This document shows, piece after piece, positions 54,244 through 62,447 of a DNA stretch of 64,000 nt. The translations under genes and the position numbers were made by a program. The notes beneath the pieces were generated by a model. It saw only the letters and a list, made by a program, of their open reading frames with translations. It ran no database searches and was not told the DNA's origin. How positions within the stretch are numbered: the stretch's first letter is position 1; each line of letters starts with the position of its first letter. The DNA lies in contig JACKDP010000002.1 in NCBI GenBank assembly GCA_020633435.1, positions 631,788-695,787 of the forward strand, given 5' to 3'. Source of the DNA: Myxococcales bacterium (GTDB lineage: Bacteria > Myxococcota_A > Bradymonadia > UBA7976 > UBA1532).

Positions 54244-54897
54244 ATGGCCCGGCCCGTCCCCAACCTGCACCCCGACGCCGCCCACCCCGGCGCCGCCCCC
54301 GACTGCGCCGCCTGCGACGGCTCGGGCTGGGTCGCGCTGGACGAGCCGACGATCACCGTCGCCCCGTGCGCCTGCGTTCAGGTCTGCCCCCGCTGCGGTG
54401 GGAGCGGCCGGCTCGCTGGCGGCCTCGAAGCGTGCGCCTGCCACGCCGGCGCGGGGCGCATCGACCTGCTCAACGCCGCGGGCCTGCCCGCCCTGGATGC
54501 CCCCCTCGACCCCCCATCCCCCGCCCTGTCGGCGTGGTTTCAGCGCTATCGACCGGAAGATGGCTGGCCCTGGCTGCTCGTCACCGGCCCATCGCCCGGA
54601 CCAGTGACCGCCCAGCTCATCCGCCTCATCACCGGCGTCGGCGTACCCACGGCCCGGGTGACCGCCCACACCGAGACCGTCGACTGGCGTGCCTGGCGTC
54701 GGCTCGTGGTCTGCTACGACCTCGCCCTCCACGGACCGCGGCGCGCAGCCCGGCTGGTCGACACCTGCGCCGACCACGGCCTGACGCTGGTGCTCTGGTC
54801 GCCCATGGGCCTCTACCCCTCCGCCGGCCCCGGCCTCGACACGGCCATCGGCGACGACGCCGCCGCGACACTGCTCGAGCGCTGCGCCCTCGCCTGA
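54244..54897 (+). CDS. hypothetical protein with two DnaJ-type CxxCxGxG zinc-finger motifs
   Basis: CAACDGSGWV and CPRCGGSGRL. GC3-rich codon usage. No other recognisable domain. Confidence 0.5.
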   Translation: MARPVPNLHPDAAHPGAAPDCAACDGSGWVALDEPTITVAPCACVQVCPRCGGSGRLAGGLEACACHAGAGRIDLLNAAGLPALDAPLDPPSPALSAWFQRYRPEDGWPWLLVTGPSPGPVTAQLIRLITGVGVPTARVTAHTETVDWRAWRRLVVCYDLALHGPRRAARLVDTCADHGLTLVLWSPMGLYPSAGPGLDTAIGDDAAATLLERCALA

Positions 54898-54930
54898 GCC
54901 AGCCCAACCCGCGCCCGCCCGGGTCCTACC

Positions 54931-55052
54931 GGTCCTACCGGGTAGCCCGGCGAGCGGGTGCACCCGTGCCGCGCTGCTGGAATCTGGCCATCCCGGTCAT
55001 ACCGGGTAGTCCGGTGGAATGGTGCAACCGTGCCGTGGGACTGGAATCTGGC
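54931..55052. repeat. two tandem ~58-bp direct repeats (54931..54988 and 54995..55052, ~80% identical), each containing the palindromic core CCGGT-nnn-ACCGGG/TACCGGGTA; REP-like element adjacent to the IS200-like transposase gene
   Basis: Copy A is GGTCCTACCGGGTAGCCCGGCGAGCGGGTGCACCCGTGCCGCGCTGCTGGAATCTGGC. Copy B is GGTCATACCGGGTAGTCCGGTGGAATGGTGCAACCGTGCCGTGGGACTGGAATCTGGC. They sit in the convergent intergenic region 3' of the RAYT gene, with an extra GGTCCTACC duplication at the left edge. Confidence 0.65.
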
Positions 55053-55222
55053 GGGGCGGGCTGGGTGTCGTGGGGCGCGTTGGAGGCCTGGCGACCCGTC
55101 AGGCACCGGCGACAGCGTCGCCGTGCGCGACCCAACCGCCGCCACGGGGGCTTCCGGGCGCACGTTCCCTGAGCGCCGGACCGGCTGCGCGCTTCAACGA
55201 CTTCGAGGGCGCCGGCGGGCGG

Positions 55223-56158
55223 TCAGGCCGCGCCGGCTCGGGGTCCCCTCGGGCGGGCGAAGGCCGGGGGCAGCGTGTGCGGCGGCCACGGGATCATCAG
55301 CTGCGTCGGGTCGGCCTGCCAGGCGTGGAAGGCCCGCGTCGCCCGCGAGTAGGCTTCGCGCAGGGCCTCATGGGCGTCGCGCCACTCCTGGTGGTGCTCC
55401 GGCGGGCCATGCACCACCGGGGCGGGACTCCGGTCTCGCACGCGCGGCTTCGTCATGGGGTCGAGGCGCCGCAGCGTCTCGGGATCGGGGATGCGCACGC
55501 CGGCCTTCTTCCGCTTCGGCCGCGCCTGGCTGGCCACGTCGTCAGCGAGCTGCCACATCAGCGCGCGGTGGTCCTTCGGGCTCAGGGCCTCGAGGCCGGG
55601 CAGCCGGTCGATCCGCACCGTCAACGTCCTGGGGTCCTGGCCGGCGTACGCAAACACGCCCTCCACCGGCTTGCCGAACAGCAGGAACGGCGTCGAGCAC
55701 GCGAAGAAGTCGTCGGCCGGGTGCCGCACCAGGAACTGCGCCGTGGCCTGGCCCATGATGTACTGCAGCCGCTGCAGGGCGTGCTCCTCGGTGGTGATCT
55801 GGATGCAGTGGTTCTGCTCAAGCAGGCTGCCGGTTCGCCCCAGCAACTGGTTGATCCGCCTGGAGATTTCTCGCAGCGTCCACTCCAGGAAGGCGCTCTT
55901 GTGGGCCAGGGTCGGCGCGCCGATGAGCAGGTGCAGGTGGTTGGACAGGAAGTGGAAGCCGTAGACGTCGATGAGCGGGAACTTCTCCTGGGCGCGGGCG
56001 AGGACGCCCTGGAGGATCTCGACGCACCTCTCGGTGGGGATGAAGGCGAAGCGGTCGTCGACGACCTTGCTGGTGATCTCGTAGAGCATCATCAGGACGC
56101 CGAGCCGGGCGCTCATGAAGGCGCGGTGGACGAGCTCGATCCTCAACTTCTGGGCCAT
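55223..56158 (-). CDS. IS200-like / REP-associated tyrosine transposase (RAYT, Y1 HUH family)
   Basis: From the internal ATG (MAQKLRIELVHRAF...). The HUH motif is FLSNHLHLLIGAP, and the catalytic Tyr region is GSLLEQNHCIQITTEEHALQRLQYIMGQATAQFLVRHPADDF (the W/Q-x-x-F-H-D...YI-x-x-NP-V pattern). The N-terminal 78 codons of the long ORF are Arg/Gly-rich and probably untranslated. Confidence 0.7.
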   Translation of the reverse strand: MAQKLRIELVHRAFMSARLGVLMMLYEITSKVVDDRFAFIPTERCVEILQGVLARAQEKFPLIDVYGFHFLSNHLHLLIGAPTLAHKSAFLEWTLREISRRINQLLGRTGSLLEQNHCIQITTEEHALQRLQYIMGQATAQFLVRHPADDFFACSTPFLLFGKPVEGVFAYAGQDPRTLTVRIDRLPGLEALSPKDHRALMWQLADDVASQARPKRKKAGVRIPDPETLRRLDPMTKPRVRDRSPAPVVHGPPEHHQEWRDAHEALREAYSRATRAFHAWQADPTQLMIPWPPHTLPPAFARPRGPRAGAA

Positions 56159-56406
56159 GGCGGGAGCCTCCGTGGTGAGTGCTCCCTTGCTTTCGGTCAG
56201 TCGCGGCGCGTGTCGCAGGATTTCTGAGAAAAAGTGCATCGGGCGACGCCCGCACGCTGTGGCCGCCGCTCCCCGCCGGGCCTGCCAACCTGGGACGCGC
56301 GCGCCCCACTTCGCCGGCCCACGCACCACCCCAGGCCCCCCCACGCGCTGGCACGGACGCTGCTTTCGCTCCCCCGCCGACAGGGAACGCACACCCGGGG
56401 GACTCG

Positions 56407-57783
56407 ATGCGCGCCGCTCTCTTCCTCGCTCCGCTCCTCGCCCTGGCCGGCTGCCAGGACGCCCGCCTCCGCAGCAGCGGCCCCAGCGGGCTGGTGGTGC
56501 CCACGGACGCGGGCGTGCCCCCCGAGAACAAGCCCGCCGTCGGCGACCCGCGGGACGTCGACGCGGGCCCGCGCCCCCTGCCCCCCCGACCGGACGCCGC
56601 CGTCTCCCCGCCGCCGCCCGAGCCGGACGCTGCCGCTGCGCCGCCGCCGCCCCCCGACTTCCCCGACGGGCAGGACGCGTGCGGCGACATCCGGGTGGCC
56701 GAGAAGGTCTACCACGGCACCCGCGAGCCCTCGGCCCTGCCCCTCACGCCCGGGCAGATCCTGGCGGTCGGCAGCTTCAACGGCTGCTCCGGCACCCTCA
56801 TCGCCGAGCGCTTCGTGCTGTCGGCCACCCACTGCGGCCACCGCCGCGGCGCCGAGTTCTGCATGGGCCCCGATCCCGATCGCCCCAACGCCTGCCTGCG
56901 TGCCGTGGCCGTGCACGAGAACCCCCGCGCCGACCAGACCATCCTCGAGATGGACCGCGACGCCAGCAGCGTGCTCCCCGGCGTGCAGCCCATCCCCATC
57001 CTGACCGAGGTGATGGACAACGGCTGGATCGGGCGCACCGCCGAAGCGGCGGGCTACGGCCAGACCGAGTACGGCGGCTTCAACACCCGCTGGTTCACCG
57101 CCGAGCCCATCGTACGGCTGTCCAGCGACACCGTGACCATCGACGGCCAGGGCCGGCGGGGCGTCTGCTTCGGTGACTCCGGCGGGCCCGTCATGGTGCA
57201 GGCCAGCGATGGCTCGGTGCGGGTGGCCGGCGATCTGAGCAACGGCGACGGGTCGTGCGTGGGGCGCGACAACTACACGCGCACCGACGTCTTCGTGGAC
57301 TGGATCGAGGGCTTCACGGGCCCGACGGTCGTCGACGGCGCGCCGTGCGGCCCCGTCACCGCCGAGGGGCGCTGCCTCGATGGCGTGGCGCAGTGGTGCG
57401 AGGGCGACGAGCTGCAGACCGACCGCTGCGCCGTCCGGTGCGGCTTCGATGCCCGCGCCGATGGCTACCGCTGCTTGCAGGGCGCCGACCCCTGCGGCGG
57501 CTACGACGCCGCCGGCGCCTGCGACGGCCAGACCGCCCGCTGGTGCGAGGCGGGCGCCCCCCGGGCGCGCGACTGCGGCGCCTGCGGCGAGTCCTGCGCC
57601 GTCGTCGCGGGCGTGGGTGCCGCCTGCACCGCCGACCCCTGCGCCGGCCTCGACTACCAGGGCCGCTGCACGGGCGACACCGCCGAGTGGTGCGACGACG
57701 GCGAGCTGCACACCGAAGACTGCGGCCAGCGCGGGCAGCGCTGCGGCTGGGTGAATCAGGAGATCGGCTACTTCTGCAACTGA
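56407..57783 (+). CDS. trypsin-like S1 serine protease lipoprotein with four C-terminal Cys-rich ~30-aa repeats
   Basis: Lipobox signal MRAALFLAPLLALAGC. The catalytic triad is present: LSATHC (His), D, and GDSGGPV (Ser). The C-terminal repeats follow C-x-x-G-x-C-x-G-x-x-A-x-WCE-x-G-x(5)-DC. Confidence 0.8.
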   Translation: MRAALFLAPLLALAGCQDARLRSSGPSGLVVPTDAGVPPENKPAVGDPRDVDAGPRPLPPRPDAAVSPPPPEPDAAAAPPPPPDFPDGQDACGDIRVAEKVYHGTREPSALPLTPGQILAVGSFNGCSGTLIAERFVLSATHCGHRRGAEFCMGPDPDRPNACLRAVAVHENPRADQTILEMDRDASSVLPGVQPIPILTEVMDNGWIGRTAEAAGYGQTEYGGFNTRWFTAEPIVRLSSDTVTIDGQGRRGVCFGDSGGPVMVQASDGSVRVAGDLSNGDGSCVGRDNYTRTDVFVDWIEGFTGPTVVDGAPCGPVTAEGRCLDGVAQWCEGDELQTDRCAVRCGFDARADGYRCLQGADPCGGYDAAGACDGQTARWCEAGAPRARDCGACGESCAVVAGVGAACTADPCAGLDYQGRCTGDTAEWCDDGELHTEDCGQRGQRCGWVNQEIGYFCN

Positions 57784-57882
57784 GCCCCGCCGGCCGCTTT
57801 CCCAGGGAACACGCGAGGTTGCGCGCGTGGCGCCGCGGCCGGCCGGGCGCTATGATGGGGCGTCCACCCCTCGGAGGTCCCC

Positions 57883-59253
57883 ATGGCACGCAGGCGGATC
57901 CGACTCCCCGGCCGACGGTTCGCGGCGCTGGTCGCCTGCGCCCCGCTCGTCGCCCTGCCGGCCCACGCCCAGGACGCCCCGCCCTTCGAGTGCGACAACA
58001 ACTTCGGCGAGTGCGGCACCCCCAACATGAGCGGCGGCGGGGGCGGCGGCGGGGGCGGCGGCGGGTCCATCCTCATCAACAACACCGACCTGGGGGACAC
58101 CTACCAGCACGCCGACGACTTCGATGACGACGGCCACGAGGATCCCACCGACAACTGCCCCCGCGCCCGCAACCCCGACCAGGCCGACGGCGACGGCGAC
58201 GGCCGGGGCGACGCCTGCGACAACTGCCTGGGCGCCGCCAACGCGGACCAGGCCGATCTGGACGGCGACGGCCTCGGCGACGCCTGTGATCCCGACCGCG
58301 ATGGCGATGGTGTGCCGGACGCCGAGGACTCCTGCCCGGGCGTGCCGAACCCGGCCCTCGGCGACGCGGGCCAGCCCGACCTGGATGGCGACGGCGTCGG
58401 CGACGCCTGTGATGAGGATCTGGACGGGGACGGCATCCCGTCCCTCGAGGATCCCTGCCCCCTGAACGCCGACGTCTTCGAGCCCGGCGAGGCCGCCGAG
58501 GCCGCGTGCTTCCCCGATCTGGACGGGGACGGCGTGGGTGAGCTGGATCCGCTGGCCCCCGACAACTGTCCGGCCGTGCACAACCCCGACCAGCTCGACC
58601 TGGACGGCGACGGCCTCGGCGACGCCTGCGATCCCGACGTGGACGCCGACGGCGTGCCGAACCTCCAGGACGACTGCCCGGCCGCGCCCAACCCCGACCA
58701 GGCCGACGCTGATCGCGATGGCCTCGGCGACGCCTGCGACGCGAAGTTCTGCTACACGGTCTTCGGCGACCAGCGAAACTGCCTCGATCCGGCGGCCCCG
58801 TTCGCTGTGTACTCCCCGAGCCTCCTCGTCCGCACCGGCGAGGCGGTGCGCCTGCGGCTCTTCGCCAACCGCGAGGGCCAGGCCATGCGCTACGTCTGGT
58901 CGCTGGAGTCCGCGCCTCGCGGGGCCCGCGCCAGCGTGCGGGCCGGCCGCGGGGCCGTGACGGAGTCGTCCCCGTACGAGTACCACTACGCCGCCGACGC
59001 GACCCCCACCATCACCCCCGACCGACCGGGCACCTACACCCTCAAGGTGTACGCCACCACGCTCTTCGAGGACGCGGTGAGCCGCGAGGTGGAGGCCAGC
59101 GCCTCCTGGACGCTGCGCCTCGAGGTGGAGGGCCCCGCCGTCGACGCCGAGCAGGCTGGCTGCCAGGCCGCGCCGGGCGCCCCCGCCGGTCGCTGGGCCC
59201 TGTGGCTCGGTCCCCTCGCGCTCCTCGTTCGCCGCCGCCGCCGCTGGGGCTGA
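57883..59253 (+). CDS. thrombospondin type-3 (TSP3) Ca-binding repeat protein with a C-terminal MYXO-CTERM sorting domain
   Basis: Signal peptide. About 14 D-x-D-x-DG-x-x-D-x-C-D repeats (for example DLDGDGLGDACDPDRDGDGVPDAEDSCP). The C-terminus GCQAAPGAPAGRWALWLGPLALLVRRRRRW is the MYXO-CTERM pattern (GC, hydrophobic helix, Arg cluster). Confidence 0.8.
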   Translation: MARRRIRLPGRRFAALVACAPLVALPAHAQDAPPFECDNNFGECGTPNMSGGGGGGGGGGGSILINNTDLGDTYQHADDFDDDGHEDPTDNCPRARNPDQADGDGDGRGDACDNCLGAANADQADLDGDGLGDACDPDRDGDGVPDAEDSCPGVPNPALGDAGQPDLDGDGVGDACDEDLDGDGIPSLEDPCPLNADVFEPGEAAEAACFPDLDGDGVGELDPLAPDNCPAVHNPDQLDLDGDGLGDACDPDVDADGVPNLQDDCPAAPNPDQADADRDGLGDACDAKFCYTVFGDQRNCLDPAAPFAVYSPSLLVRTGEAVRLRLFANREGQAMRYVWSLESAPRGARASVRAGRGAVTESSPYEYHYAADATPTITPDRPGTYTLKVYATTLFEDAVSREVEASASWTLRLEVEGPAVDAEQAGCQAAPGAPAGRWALWLGPLALLVRRRRRWG

Positions 59254-59254
59254 C

Positions 59255-60151
59255 TTGCCGGAGCACCACGCCCTCCACCACCGGGCCGCCGCGGGCGGGC
59301 GGCGCGCCTTCGGCCTCAGCGTCGCCCTCAACGTCGCGTTCGTCATCGTCGAGATCATCTTCGGCGTGCTGGCGGGCTCCGTCGCGCTGCTCGCGGACGC
59401 GGCCCATAACGTCGGCGACGTCCTCGGCCTGCTCTTCGCGTGGCTCGCCGAGCGCCTGGCCCAGCGTCGCCCCTCCCGACGGCGCACCTATGGGCTCGCC
59501 AAGGCCACCGTCCTCGCGGCCCTCGCCAACGCCGTCCTCATCCTCGTGGCCGTGGGGGGCGTGGCCTGGGAGGCCATCGTGCGGCTGGCGGCGCCGCCCC
59601 CCGTCGACGGCCCCGTCATCACCCTCGTCGCCGCCATCGGCGTGGGCATCAACACCGCGTCCGCCCTGCTGTTTCGCCGCAGCGCCGGCAGCGATGCCAA
59701 CCGCCGGGGCGCCTACCTGCACCTGCTGGCCGACGCGGCCGTGTCCGCCAGCGTGGTGGTCGTCGGGGCCCTCGTCTGGGTCACCGGCTGGCGCATCCTC
59801 GACCCCCTCATCAGCCTGGGCATCGGCGGCGTCATCCTCTGGACCGCCTGGGGCCTGCTGCGCGAGGCCTTCGACCTGGCGACCGACGCCGCGCCCGCCC
59901 ACATCGACGTGGACGCCGTGCGCGCTACCCTGGAGGCCGCCCCCGGCGTGCACGCCGTCCACGAGCTGCACATCTGGGCCATGAGCACCACGGAGGTCGC
60001 CCTCACGGCCCACCTGCAGATGGATCCGCGGGCGTGGTCGCTGGCATTGCTCAAGGAAATCGAAGAGTTGCTGCGCTCGCGCCATGGCATCGAGCACATC
60101 ACCCTGCAGCCCGAGCCCGAGCGGGACGGCCAGGGGGACGCCGCCGGCTAG
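59255..60151 (+). CDS. cation diffusion facilitator (CDF) family metal efflux transporter (CzcD/ZitB-like)
   Basis: TTG start overlapping the previous stop. Six TM helices with the metal sites HNVGDVLG and HLLADAAVSA, and a C-terminal cytoplasmic domain (HELHIWAMST). Confidence 0.85.
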   Translation: MPEHHALHHRAAAGGRRAFGLSVALNVAFVIVEIIFGVLAGSVALLADAAHNVGDVLGLLFAWLAERLAQRRPSRRRTYGLAKATVLAALANAVLILVAVGGVAWEAIVRLAAPPPVDGPVITLVAAIGVGINTASALLFRRSAGSDANRRGAYLHLLADAAVSASVVVVGALVWVTGWRILDPLISLGIGGVILWTAWGLLREAFDLATDAAPAHIDVDAVRATLEAAPGVHAVHELHIWAMSTTEVALTAHLQMDPRAWSLALLKEIEELLRSRHGIEHITLQPEPERDGQGDAAG

Positions 60152-61314
60152 CCGTCGGCCAGCACGTCGTGCAGGGACTCGTCCTCGGTGAGCACCCGCC
60201 GGGCGTAGCTGCACTGCGGCACGATGCGCTGGTGGTTGGCCCGGGCCCAGGCCACCCCGCGCATGACCAGCTTGCGGGCCCAGCCGCCGCCCCGCGCGGC
60301 CTCGCGCACCCCGGTGTGATCGACCCGGACCGTGTCGGCGTCCAGCCGCACCCACGTCATCTCGCCCAGCACCTCGCCCTGCTGGAAGAGCAGCACCTGG
60401 CCCTGATTCCCCTGGTCGTCCACCAGCAGGTGCGGCGCCTCCTCGGGCAGCGGCACGAACTCGTCGTCGCCGACCACCGGCGGGAACTCCCCGTTCTTCC
60501 AGGCCTTCTTGGCCTCCTCGATCCGCAGGGGCCGCGACGAGACGAAGTTCCAGGCCAGGTGGCGCGGACCATCCAGGGGCGCCCCACCGAGCAGGACAAA
60601 GTGGGCGCCCGTCGCCGACTCGAGGACCACGTCGACGCCCGGGCGGAAGACCAGCATCCGGGGGGCCGCGTAGACCTCGCCCGCGACCTGCACCTCGCCG
60701 ACCACCAGGTACACCGCCCGCTCCGGGGCGTCCGCCGGCACCGTGAGCCGCCCACCGGCGGGCAGGTCGGCGTCCGCGTAGAGGATCGGGCTGCACGTCC
60801 GCGCCGGCGAGCGCACGCCGAAGGCCTCGCCCACCAGGACCCGCACCGCCGCGTCGTCCACCTGGAAGCGCGGGAAGGTGGCCGGGGGGTAGTGCTGGAA
60901 CGACGGCTCGGCCTCCTCGTCGGCCGTGGGCAGCCCCACCCAGACCTGCAGGCCATGCAGGCGCTCCGCCCGCTGGGCGGACTCGGCGGGCGTCCGCTCC
61001 GAGTGCACGATGCCTCGGCCCGCGGTCATCCAGTTCAGCGCGCCCGGCTCGATGACCTGGTCGAAGCCCAGGCTGTCGCGGTGCCGGATTGCCCCCTCGA
61101 AGAGCCAGGTCACCGTCGCCAGGCCGATGTGCGGGTGCGGCCGCACCTCCAGGTCGTGGCCGGGCGCCACGACCGTCGGGCCGAAGTGGTCGAAGAAGAC
61201 GAAGGGCCCCACGCTGCGGACGGCGGCCTGGGGCAGCAAGCGCCGCACCGGCGGGCCACCGATGTCGCGGAGGGCCCCCTCGAGGACGTGGGCGATGGGG
61301 GAAGACGTCGACAT
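60148..61314 (-). CDS. pirin-family bicupin protein fused to a C-terminal GNAT-like acetyltransferase domain
   Basis: From the internal ATG (MSTSSPIAHV). The pirin signature is HPHIGLATVTWLFEG...HRDSLG...LNWMTAGRGIVHSE. The C-terminal ~95 aa (VLLFQQGEVLGEMTWVRLDADTVRVDHTGVREAARGGGWARKLVMRGVAWARANHQRIVPQCSYAR) is a YjdJ/Acetyltransf_CG-like GNAT module. The upstream 107 codons are low-complexity. Confidence 0.7.
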   Translation of the reverse strand: MSTSSPIAHVLEGALRDIGGPPVRRLLPQAAVRSVGPFVFFDHFGPTVVAPGHDLEVRPHPHIGLATVTWLFEGAIRHRDSLGFDQVIEPGALNWMTAGRGIVHSERTPAESAQRAERLHGLQVWVGLPTADEEAEPSFQHYPPATFPRFQVDDAAVRVLVGEAFGVRSPARTCSPILYADADLPAGGRLTVPADAPERAVYLVVGEVQVAGEVYAAPRMLVFRPGVDVVLESATGAHFVLLGGAPLDGPRHLAWNFVSSRPLRIEEAKKAWKNGEFPPVVGDDEFVPLPEEAPHLLVDDQGNQGQVLLFQQGEVLGEMTWVRLDADTVRVDHTGVREAARGGGWARKLVMRGVAWARANHQRIVPQCSYARRVLTEDESLHDVLADG

Positions 61315-61328
61315 GATGCTCCTGGCGA

Positions 61329-62438
61329 TCAGGTGTCCGGGCAGCCGCTCCGGTCGGGTGGGTAGAAGCGCACGCGCTTGTTGATCTGGCAGGTCTGCTC
61401 GTTGAGGCCCTGGCCGACGACGTTGGAGCACGACAGCGAGCCCCGCACGCGGCCCGCGCCGCAGGCGTCCCCCTCCTGGAAGTACACCTCGCTGCGGTCC
61501 GGTCGGCTGGCCACGCACCCCCGCTCGTCGTTGCCGCTCATCTGGATGTCGCACGCCACGGGGAACGGGGCCTCGGGCGGGCAGCTCACGGTCAGGCAGT
61601 CGCCATCCAGGACGACCGCCACCTCCACGATGCACTCATCCACGTTGCCGTCGCAGTTCTCGTCCACCCCGGTGTCGCAGAGCTCCTCGGTGGGCAGCAC
61701 CTGCCCCTCGCAGGGGCCCCAGCGACCGGCGGAGTCGCAGACCTGCTGGCCCGCCGCGCAGGGCCCCACGCCGATGCGAGCCGGGTTCTCCTCGAAGCAG
61801 GCGCGCCGCAGGTTGGGGTTGCACGGCTCGTCGCCCATCGGCTGGCGACAGGGCTCCTCGTCGAAGCGCCCGTCGCAGTCGTTGTCGGCCTGGTCGGCGC
61901 AGACCTCCTCCCCGCAGCCGCAGCCCTCGTCCACCTGGCCGTCGCAGTCGTCGTCCACGCCGTCGCCGCAGATCTCCAGCTCACCGCCGACGCACGGGCA
62001 GCCCTCGTCCACGCGGCCGTCGCAGTCCTGGTCCACCTCGTCCTGGCAGATCTCCTCGGTCGGCCCCACCGACCCCTCGCAGGGGCCGAAGAGCTCGCCG
62101 TTGGCGTCGCAGCCCCGCACGCCGTCCCGGCAGGCCCCGACGCCCCGGGCCGCCGGCGGTCCGGCGAAGCACGCGCTCGCCGCCGGATCGCAGCCGCAGC
62201 CCTCGTCCACGCGGCCATCGCAGTCGGTGTCGGCGCCATCGCAGGCCTCGGCGGCGGCGCAGCCATCGGGGCCGGGCGGCGTGGTGGCGTCCGCGCCCAC
62301 GGCGGCGTCCGGCACCGCGACCCGCGCGTCGAAGAGCGCCTGCCCCCGCGCCGCGTCCACGACCCCGGCGTCGAGCGCCACTGGCGGATCGGCGCAGCCG
62401 ACCAGCCCGACCAGGAAGAGCACGGCGTGGCGCGTCAT
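61329..62438 (-). CDS. lipoprotein with MopE-type Cys-rich repeats and a conserved ~110-aa C-terminal Cys-rich domain (paralogue of the next gene)
   Basis: Lipobox signal MTRHAVLFLVGLVGC. Repeats of the form CDG-x-D-x-DCDG-x-VDEGC. The C-terminal block CNPNLRRACF...IGVGPCAAGQQVC...VSCPPEAPFPVACDIQMSG...RGCVAS...YFQEGD...INKRVRFYPPDRSGCP is shared with the 62448..63915 gene. Confidence 0.7.
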   Translation of the reverse strand: MTRHAVLFLVGLVGCADPPVALDAGVVDAARGQALFDARVAVPDAAVGADATTPPGPDGCAAAEACDGADTDCDGRVDEGCGCDPAASACFAGPPAARGVGACRDGVRGCDANGELFGPCEGSVGPTEEICQDEVDQDCDGRVDEGCPCVGGELEICGDGVDDDCDGQVDEGCGCGEEVCADQADNDCDGRFDEEPCRQPMGDEPCNPNLRRACFEENPARIGVGPCAAGQQVCDSAGRWGPCEGQVLPTEELCDTGVDENCDGNVDECIVEVAVVLDGDCLTVSCPPEAPFPVACDIQMSGNDERGCVASRPDRSEVYFQEGDACGAGRVRGSLSCSNVVGQGLNEQTCQINKRVRFYPPDRSGCPDT

Positions 62439-62447
62439 GGCTCCCTC

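Noticed and set aside
44575-54963. 3462-aa ORF on the minus strand antisense to the Rhs gene and its neighbours
   Set aside because: Its translation is Ala/Gly/Arg/Val low-complexity with no domains. It is a standard artefact of ~70% GC genomes, where GC3 bias keeps antisense frames open. The plus-strand genes have strong domain evidence.
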